This document shows, piece after piece, positions 49,081 through 64,000 of a stretch of 64,000 nt of DNA (positions are counted from its first letter, which is position 1; each line of letters begins with the position of its first letter). A program made the translations under genes and the position numbers. The stretch is from the NCBI RefSeq assembly GCF_009914755.1, contig NC_060931.1; one strand, written 5' to 3'. Below the pieces are notes generated by a model. That model searched no databases and had not been told where the DNA came from. It saw nothing but the letters and a program-made list of their open reading frames with translations. This stretch comes from the human T2T-CHM13v2.0 reference genome, Homo sapiens.

Positions 49081-49439
49081 GAAGCGTGTTGTCTTCCCAC
49101 CAGTTCACTCTATGGAGGTGGGTCATCACACCATGGCAGAGCCATAATTGTTAAATATTCTTCCTTAAACTGAATCAAAATCTCCTTCCTCATAACTTTT
49201 ACCTGCTATCCTTCAAAGAGTCATCAGATATCATTTTTTTCTCTTCCTTTTCATTTTTCTAATCTAAGCTCAACTCTTTACATTTATTAAATATCCTCTT
49301 CAGTCTACATTTTTAGTCTGAGATCCTTTTGAATCCTGATCCATTTCTCCAGCACTTATAATCTATACATTTAATAGGCATATTTTGTTGTTATTCATTC
49401 ATGATCTATTGATATTTTTAAAAACTTTAAAATACATAC

Positions 49440-49816
49440 TGATATGGCTTGGCTGTGTCCCCACCCAAAATCTCATCTTGAATTGTAATCTCCATAATCC
49501 CCACATGTCAAGGGAGAGATCAGGTGGATGTAATTAAATTATGGGGGCAGTTTCCCCCATCCTGTTCTCATGATAGTGAGTTCTCACCAGATCTGATGGT
49601 TTCATAAGGGACTCTTCCCCGCTTCACTGAGCACCTCTCCTTCCTGCCACTTTGTGAAGTAAGTAAGTGCCTTGCTTCCTCTTATCCTTCCACCATGATT
49701 GTAAGTTTCCTGAGGCCTCTCCAGCCATGCTGAACTGACTCAATTAAACTTCTTTCCTTTAGAAATTACCCAGTCTCAGGCAGTTCTTTATAGCAGTATG
49801 AAAATGGACTAATACA
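49440..49816 (+). mobile_element. Solo MaLR LTR (THE1D-like)
   Basis: tgatatggcttggctgtgtcc...aaaatggactaataca; perfect 5-bp TSD catac. Confidence 0.93.
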
Positions 49817-50532
49817 CATACATACTCTCTCATTCTAAATACAGTCACAAGTAGAGTCTGGCAGCATAGTGATATTAATTCATTTGTGAACTCACTCTCT
49901 GTATTCAGAAAGCTACACATTATCCTGAGGTATTTTCCAGGCGATATTTAACCAACTTATCTCCATCAAGAGTTTTTTTGTTAAGTGTCTTGCTAAACTC
50001 AAAATACTCTATGGGACTATCCTAATAACCTTATTTCATGGAAGAAATAAGATGGAGCAAAACTCCATCTCAAAAAAAAAAAAAAAGGAGAAAACTTGCC
50101 TGGCTTTCATGTTCCATATTTCTCCCATTCACTTTCATTTCTTACAGAATTTTCACTGTGAGTTCTTTCAAGAGAATAAACTTTGAATGCTTGGAATCAG
50201 AAAACATGTTTCTAATACCATTGAATTGCCTTTTGCAACAATCACTTCATCTATGAAACAGACATAATCTTAAGAGATGATATATGGGAAGGTATTATAT
50301 AAACTATAAAGCATGTGTAGTACTATTGCTGGTATTAAAACAACTTTGGATTTAAAAAGAAGCTTTGGAATATAATCAATGTCCTGGAGACTTAAACTCA
50401 TTTAGTGGCTGATGCTCCTTTACCTTGATTTTCCCTGTCCTGGTTCTTCTACCACTCGGAGTCCCTATGCCAAATTCTTTCCAAAGGCCATTGAAGTGAT
50501 ACTGTTTGTCTTGCCAAGACTTTCTCTTAGAC

Positions 50533-50765
50533 CAAGAGTCAGCAAACTGTGACAAGTAGGCAAACCCAGCACACTGCCTATTTTTGCAAATAAAGTTTTA
50601 TTGGGACAGCCAACGTCATGTTTTTACATATTGCCTGTGAATGGTTTTGTGCTACAACAGCAGAGTTGAAATGTTGCATCAGAGACCGTGTAGCCCATAA
50701 AGCCAAGAATATTTACTATCTATCTATCTATCTTGTCTTTTCCAGGAAATGTTTGCTGACCCCTG
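50533..50765. mobile_element. MER58A-like hAT DNA transposon
   Basis: Terminal inverted repeats caagagtcagcaaac / gtttgctgacccctg; 8-bp TSD tcttagac/ccttagac. Confidence 0.88.
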
Positions 50766-51221
50766 CCTTAGACTGTAAGTTTCAGGAAAAAAAGACTTTC
50801 TGAATATGTAATTTTCTGCATACAATTCCTAATCCAACTTTGTACTTAGGTAATAAATAAATTCATTTTATGATAATTTCTTTATGGCCTAAATATAATT
50901 CTGAAATAAAATGGTGCAGGGTGATTCAACTGATCAATCTGGATTAAGATATTTAGCTAGAAAACCCTATTGATTTCAAGCTTTGTTGACTTCATGAGGG
51001 GTGGGAGGGTCACAATATTTGTTCAATTTTCAGCATTAAGAAGTCCTAAACATTAAACCAAAATGGATCCTTCATGATTTGACTGATGTTTATGTTAACA
51101 ATGAGCTATCAGATTCCATTATCCAACAAAGTAAATATCTATGGAAATAATATAGAAGTTTAGGCTGAACTCAAGAAATAATAAGATATGACCTGGATTT
51201 CCTTTCATTTATTATATTGCT

Positions 51222-51322
51222 TTTATTATTATTTTAGAGATGAGGTCTCACTATGTTACCCAGGCTGGTCTTGAACTCCTGAGCTCCAGTGATACTTCTG
51301 CCTCCCAAAGTGCTGGGATTAT
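51222..51322 (-). mobile_element. Alu left-monomer fragment
   Basis: agagatgaggtctcactatgttacccaggctggtcttgaactcctgagctc. Confidence 0.85.
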
Positions 51323-52259
51323 GGATTTCCTTTGAAAATAATTTTCCTAGTACAATGTGTTCTCACAAAATTTGAATATTCTAAAACTTAAGTACAGAGG
51401 AAAAGTTTTCTGAAATTACGTATCTCAAGAGTCAAAGCTTGAAATCACTTTGTTTTCTAGGCCTTCTTCAATAAAGAATTTCGGATGAAGTACATGTTAT
51501 TCTGTATGACAGTCTGTTGTTTCCAAGAGAATAATAACAAGCTGTCCTTGAAAAGAATGGCTGGTGATGGAATTAGCTCTAGAGAATTTAAGGTAGTATT
51601 TGCCAAGAAAGAAGGTCAGTCTGATATTGTGTCAAACATATCCTTTATTAACCTGAATAAGTAAATATATGAATAAGTAAATATACCTAATAAATTACGA
51701 AGTGCTTGGTGAGTTACCTGACCATTGTTTTTAAATGTTCTCATTAGCATTTCTTGTCTGTAATAAATGATTTTAAATTTCGTGTTTCTCCGAAATGGTA
51801 TTTTAAATTCCCTGAAAGAAATATTCTCAATTTTTCATGGGAGAGAATGGCTAGGAAATTCTTTTTCATAACTGTGATCTAGCTTGTGTACTCAGGTAAC
51901 TGATAAAGTAATGGATCAGTCATCTATAGAATACATGCCTATTCCAAAGTGGTTACTGCTGTATGTCATGGCATCTGTAATTGGCCTAAAAAGCGATAAA
52001 TCTGTTTTTGTAAAGTAACCCAAAAGACCCCATTAAAAGTGGTATTTTAAATGTCAGTGAGCATGTATTCTATTTAATTTATGTTAATAGGCCATAAATG
52101 GGAGAAAATTGATGAAAAATATTACCTTTTCTGCATGTTAAAACTCAGGAGTAATTATTTTTCATTTTTCACTTAAGGATAAGCAGGTGTTTAACACAAC
52201 ATTAAATAAATGCCTCAGTACCACAAGGTGATAAATGTGTAACATTTAACAGATGAGTA

Positions 52260-52381
52260 AATTAAAATTGTGTCTAAAACAGCACAAACAAGAAAAAATT
52301 TAAATATGAGTACACACACAGTATATAACATGGTGTGACACCACTTACCTACAAAGCAGGAGACTTAGACATGCCAGTTTA
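52260..52381 (-). repeat. Dispersed inverted duplication of about 123 bp, copy 2
   Basis: Reverse complement of 47517-47640. Confidence 0.95.
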
Positions 52382-53859
52382 CACCTGAAATGGCTTAAAC
52401 CTTCCCCTAGGCAAATGTTTTTTTAAGAACCAGTTTCTAGTTATTTTTTGACATTTTAAATATGAAAAATAGCCAATTCTGTTTAAAAATAGAGAACTAT
52501 GCAGTTTAATTAAGTTGCTATCCAATCTCAGCTGTTCCTGAGGACTTTTGGCAAATACACTTTTATCCATGTGTCCACTCCTCTCTGCTTCACCTACCCT
52601 AATTGGTGTTTGGGCTGAGGAAAGGGGAGGTTTTCTTTTCTTTTTTTTTTTTTTTAAAATAAGAATCCTTCATTTCCAGTCTGAAGAAGCTGATCACGCT
52701 GATTTGGCCAGAAGTCAATGCAATGTATTTATCAGTATCTAGCTGAACTTTTGAAGTGCTGCATTCCCTTTATATATTCTAGTGGATTCAGCATGATTTC
52801 CAAGCAAAAAGGAATAATATAGTTCACTGAGCTGTAAGGTAGTCACCAGCTCAGGACATGAATTCTAACATGAATTCTAATTTGACTCCAGGTGTGGTTT
52901 TGTCTTCAGTGGAGAAACTTAGCTGCCTGTCATCAAAATGGGAGCAGAATCAGCCGCTAGTGTGTCCATTAACAAAGGGACCTTGATTATATGGTAGGAG
53001 AATCTTCCTCCCTCCCCCAAAACACTGTTATGTTTGAGCTAATGACCAGGAATTTCTCTGGGCAAAATCACGTTTTGAATTTCATTCCAGAAATAAGTAC
53101 AGAAAATATATGCTAAAAATAAATGTTTACAATTTTAAAAAACACACTTTACAGTTTAAATTAGAATTAACATGGGCAGCAGCTGAAGGATAAATAAGGG
53201 CTGGTCAACTGGCCATGGACACTCTGAATGGTTTAACAGCCGGTGAGTAACTTTGACAACTTAGGAGACAGCTTTTATGAGCCAGGGCAAAACGAACTCA
53301 CTGAAAGCACTGTTTCTAGTACATGGATTCACACACACAGATGCTTAGCAAAACTTGCACTCCAACAAATACCAAAACCTCCCACATGAGAAAGTGTTAG
53401 CAGCAGGGCAGACAATCTAGGTTACGCATCCAAAAAAAATCTTAATCCATTTTTAGAACTCCTTTGTATCCTTAGATTTTTGGTAAAATAGTTACATAAT
53501 ACAGTTACATAATTATGTTGAATTATTTTACCTCTCTCAGTCTCCAATAAATGAACAAAACAATTCAATTTTTTGAATGCTTCCTATTTGTGAGTAATTT
53601 TGCTAGTCATTTTGCTGGTGCTGGGAATAATAAAAATAGATGATGCTTATTTTATCCTTGTTATGTGCCAGGCATTGTGTGAAACCCTTAATACAAATTA
53701 TCTGATAACCCTCACAGGAATCCTATGGTCATAAGACTGTTAATGTCCTAGTTTGGGAAATGGGGAAACTAAAGCCCGAAAGGTTAGTAACTTGCCCATG
53801 GTCGCCAGAGTTCTCACTCCTAACCATTACCTTTAACTGCCTCTCTGTGCTCTAAGCTC

Positions 53860-54195
53860 AGCAGTGTTTCTTAAAGTTGAATGAGCTTATGAGATACCTG
53901 GGATCTTGTTACAGGGCGTTTTCTGATCAGGACATCTGCGTGGGGTCCAAGATTCTGCATACCTTGACAAGTTTTCAGGTGATGCCAATGCTGCCGGTTC
54001 ATGGATCACAGTGTGAATAACAAGCCTCTAGACCTGCAGTTCATACTTGAGTTGGCATATTAGAAATATCAGGGCAGCTTTTAAAAACTTCTTTGTGCAG
54101 GTTCCATCCCATGTCACTTAAAATCTCTGGGACTGGAATGGAGGCATGAAAATATATTTTAAAGATCCCTAAATAATCCTTATGTATCATGCTCT
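53860..54195. mobile_element. MER5-type DNA transposon remnants (two adjacent)
   Basis: cagtgtttcttaaagttgaatgagc...caggtgatgccaatgctgccggttcatggatcacagtgtgaataacaag. Confidence 0.7.
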
Positions 54196-54479
54196 AGAAA
54201 TGAATTTAGTAGCTCAGTGTTAAAAATTAGAATAAAGTGCACTGCATTACTAAGCAATATTACTCTTTGAAATGTTTTAATATCCATTGTGTGTGTGTGC
54301 ACACTAAATTTACGGTGTAAAATGTATTCCTTATTGTAGGTCAAGGTAAAAAAATTTGAAAGCTCCTTTCAATACTAAATTTGTTTTCTCTCTTTTTCCC
54401 TCCCTCTCTCTATTCCTCCTCCCTACCCCCATATTTTGTCTTATTCTTAAGAGGATTTAAGAGACATTACAAATATCCA

Positions 54480-55700
54480 CACTTTTAAAAGATATTTTTC
54501 TTGTCTGTAAGAAGCTCATCATCTACTAGGGGAGCTGAATATTTTACCATACAAAGGAGTAGTGTTATACAAAATATATGAAATATTTTGGGAACCCAGA
54601 TAAACAAGGAATATGGCGATTTACTATTTAGGGGATTCAATGAAGGCGTCATAGAAGAATTGATACGTGACCTTTGTTTTGAGTAGGAATTGGCAAGTTA
54701 AAGGGGAGGGTAAGAGATTCCAGCAAGAGGCATTCCTTCTATCTTGTGTAAAGGCAAGGCATGGTCTAGGTTTTACTTGCAGGATTATGATAAACTTGGA
54801 GATGAGGACAATCATGAGAGTCCGCTGAGGTGAAGGGCTGTGGGGGCATGTCTGGGGAAGGTACTGGAAAGCTATATACTAGAATGGTCAAGGAGAAAGA
54901 GGGAAGCTGCAGCTCAAAGCTGGAGAAGAAGCCCCAAGCATTGGTTCTGAAGGAGAGGAGGAAGGCTTCATGGTCTCAGAGAGAAATAAAATCAGGAACT
55001 GGTGGTGGGGATAAGTATGAAATTGGTTAACAAGAATGTTTTCTGATAAAGACCAGGCAGATATGTTGATATCAGAGCTTGTGGATTTATACCCAAATAG
55101 ACAAATTTCATGAAAGGACAGCTGAGAGAGTGAATGTAGCCGGATGGAATACTGCGACATAAGGCTGCACATGGTAAGTTGGGACTTTATAGTGGAGGAC
55201 ATTGTATTCCAGGCTAAGGAATTATCTTTGTTTGTTTCTTTGTTTTATAATCTTCAGAGGGAATTACTCCCACTATGAGGGGAGTGGCATAATCATTTTT
55301 TAAAAGATAATTCTGGAGGTAAAGTTAGGGTTCAACTGGAATGTAAAATAACTACTGCATTGATTAAGGTAACAGACAACGAGGTCCTGAACTAATCCAA
55401 TGGCAGGGCTTAAGAAAGGAGAGTGATTTCTGAAGAGGGATTGTCAAGGTTTATTAAATGTGGAGTTCAGAGAGAAGGAGAAATTTTGAGAGCTAGTGTT
55501 AAGGTTCTAGCTTGGGAAATGAATAGCTAAACATACTAGGAAATGAATAGCTAAACATACTATTAGCTCAGACTGTTAAGGTGTTTTTAAGGTGGAACGT
55601 CTGATATGTAGTAGGAAATACTGAGTCCATTGGAGGAGGAGCATATCATGTAGACAATGAAGGAGGTGGAACAGACAATCTCTGTGACACGAGGTTGGTA
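54480..55700 (-). mobile_element. Degenerate L2
   Basis: Purine-rich L2-like sequence (attccaggctaaggaatt...ttttaaaagataattctgg). Confidence 0.55.
55515..55562. repeat. Perfect 24-bp tandem duplication
   Basis: ggaaatgaatagctaaacatacta twice. Confidence 0.95.
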
Positions 55701-56675
55701 CTGTCAGATTGTCATTATGAAAGGATGTAGTTAAAACACAAATAAGTAGTATTAGCTTTCAAAAATCTGTATTCTTGAGTCATAAAGGAAATCTGTATAG
55801 ATGACTACTGAATTAATCTTCAAAAGTCACCTGAGTGATCTTTACCATCATATTTTCTAAGAATATAAGGAAGATGAATGTAAACTACAGCTGTATAATT
55901 TCTTCCTGTACTCATATTTTAGGCTAGAATAGTAATTTTAGTTTCATAGCAATCATTTAAAAGTGTTTTTCTTTTTTCCTACAGAGAATGTTGTTAATAT
56001 AAGAAGCTAACCTACTTTAAGTAGGAGTGGATATGACTACTCATTGACAATTATAATAGATTCAGCAGGAAAAAATCAGTTACCTATTCCATTTTCACAA
56101 TTTGGGGATTTGAGACTAGTTGTGTCAAACATCTTTCTATCAGGATATGTTCTAGACTTAACAAAGGTACCCAAGTTATCATTTAGACAAGAGAAGAAGA
56201 AATGCCTATAAATACTATCATCTTCCTTTCCCTAAAATAAATGTGCAAGATAAATCCAAGTGCCTGGATTTTCAATGTGAGTATATTATTTCAAACGCAT
56301 GAGATCACTTAATAAGCAGAATAGAAAACATTTCCAGGCCTGTAAATCCAGCAGTGCTTTTGCTCATTTCATGGGATGAATAATTTTAACGGAATTCTTC
56401 TACCATGAGACAGGCAGATTTAATACATAAATTTAACATGACAATGTAATAATAAGCTACATGAAAAATAATATTTAAATAATAAAATCATACCTCCTTC
56501 TAAATTTAATCGCTTATTTGTATTTTCCCATTAAAACTCAATGTAAACAATATTAACAGTAATTCAAAATTAAAGTAATCATGTACTGTTTAACTTCTAT
56601 TTGACATTACCTACATCTTTTTTCTCAATGCTTTCTCCTTCCCTAGGTTCCTTGTTTTAATTCTTCAGGAAATAC

Positions 56676-62280
<5,605 letters not shown>

Positions 62281-63559
62281 TAATTCTTTAGGAAATACTT
62301 GCCATTTTCTTTAGGGCTTTGTAAATATTTCAATATCATTTTTTCACATTTTAATTTTTTAGCACTGTTTTTCCCAATTAGACTGTGAACTTCCAGTGAG
62401 GGAGATACTGTGCCATTATTGCTGAATTAACCAAGAGGCGAAGAATGGCACATTGGATGTAAAATTTTAGGAGAAATAATCTGATTTTTAGTGTATTCCA
62501 AAATAGGGAGTATTAAAATAGTTGTAAAAGGGAAAACAAGAACTTTATTGGGTGTTCTCATCCTAGTTGCATTATTTAGTGTAGTTTCTATTTTGATTTC
62601 CATATCGAGACCATTACCTTTTTAATACTTTGGAACTCTAAAGGTCTTAACTAACTCTGTTCTGTGTTTCTTTTTCATTTTTGTATGAGAGTCTAGCACT
62701 GTAGGGGACTGATAATGTTTGCTGGATAAATAAACTTACCATTTGGAAAAGTTTTCTGCCTAAGGCAGATCTTAGGACACGTGTGGAAACACTTAGCAAA
62801 TAGAGTCTCTCTTCTTTTAACTTACTAGTAGTGCACTATCTATCTTGCCTCAATGCCATCTATCAGCAAATTCACCAACCAAGCAGCCAACCAACCGATC
62901 AACAAGTATTTACTGAGCCTTTGCTGTGTACTCGGTACTACGCTAAGTACGATGATGGCCACAATACACGGTTTCATCATTAGGAACTTACAGTCTTTGA
63001 TTTTATGGTGGTGGCACTTGTAAGGCTGAATTGCATTTAAAAAAATTTCGGTACAATAGTTACTGAAACTGACTGGATATTTTGTTCCAAATACTGCTGT
63101 TTAATGTATTAGAATAACATTGCTGCATGATATGTTACCATTTTCAGTTATTCTAACTCATCAGAACAGATTATTTTTAAAGATAAGGCGTCATTATTTT
63201 ATCTATGTTGAATATCATTTATCTGATAATGGCAAAATAATGAGCCTCATCTTACCTTGTCTTTGTACCTATCCCCTTTAACCTGTCTATGACTTTTAGT
63301 TTTTTGTGCAGTACCTTTAATATTTACATAGGTATAACTGACTATAATTTTTGATAATGTAGTAATAGTTCAGGGATGGTATCCATGCTGCTGGCTTAGA
63401 GAAAGTGAGTCCCTGAAAGATCACATTGACAAATGAGGCTTTGTTTTCTTTTCAGCTGCTTCCACCTTATATCTATATGTTGTGGTCTACTTTGGCTATA
63501 ACCAGAAGATTGACTATGTGAATAAATCCATCTCTGTGCCTCTGTTTTTCTCTTAGACT

Positions 63560-64000
63560 AACAGGAGAATAAACTGTAAATTTGTGCATCTGAATGCTTA
63601 TCCACTGAAGGAAAGATAGCCTCATAACCTCTATTAAGTTTAAAAGAATCTCTCACATGACCTCTGAGGGTGTGAAATCTTATTCAGCGTCCTCAGTATC
63701 ATCGCACATATATGATCACTATCTTCCTCGAGGAATTTCTTCACTTGGCTTCCAGAATACAGAATTCTCCTAGTTCCTATCACAATGACTGTTCAGTGTG
63801 AGCAACTACACTAGCAATTGCTAGTCCCTTGTTCTGTGCCCTTTCATCTTCTTTGTTCATACTTTTAGTCCATAGATAATCTCATCCGATCCCATGGATT
63901 TCAATGTCATCTATTATGTCAGTAGCCCTCCCCTAAATAAGTATCTCCAGGCACAGTGTCTCCTGTAAACTTCAGGCTCAACTACTCAATACTAGAATAT
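63560..64000 (+). mobile_element. Degenerate L2
   Basis: gatcactatcttcctcgaggaatttcttcacttggcttccag...atctcatccgatcccatggatttcaatgtcatcta. Confidence 0.6.

Noticed and set aside
43581-56675. Net inversion of the spacer between the L1s in this haplotype
   Set aside because: The inner and outer TSD copies of L1-B still match, and its 5' and 3' ends look like the same subfamily.

Overview
Primate (human-like) genomic DNA from inside the very large MAGI2 (S-SCAM) gene, which runs on the minus strand. There is one coding exon (24119-24757, 639 bp, phase 1-1), encoding the end of one PDZ domain, a linker and most of the next PDZ domain. The rest is intron dense in L1, Alu, L2, MIR, MaLR/ERVL LTRs and MER DNA transposons. 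I found no new protein-coding system, RNA gene or CRISPR array. The most unusual signal is repeated local copying of sequence. (1) Two near-full-length L1s of different subfamilies lie in inverted orientation 13 kb apart (L1PA7-like, minus; L1PA4-like, plus) and share patches of about 99% identity that include the same inactivating lesions, which points to non-allelic gene conversion. (2) A 209-bp inverted self-templated insertion replaces the two catalytic Asp codons of the RT FADD motif in the first L1. (3) The second L1 carries the spliced 5'UTR junction of a SpIRE. (4) There are two short dispersed duplications, one of 158 bp (direct) and one of about 123 bp (inverted); the inverted one carries a YAG|GTAAGT recursive-splice-like motif. 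Repeat subfamily calls and 'consensus' comparisons come from recalled consensus sequences, and the boundaries of old repeats are approximate.
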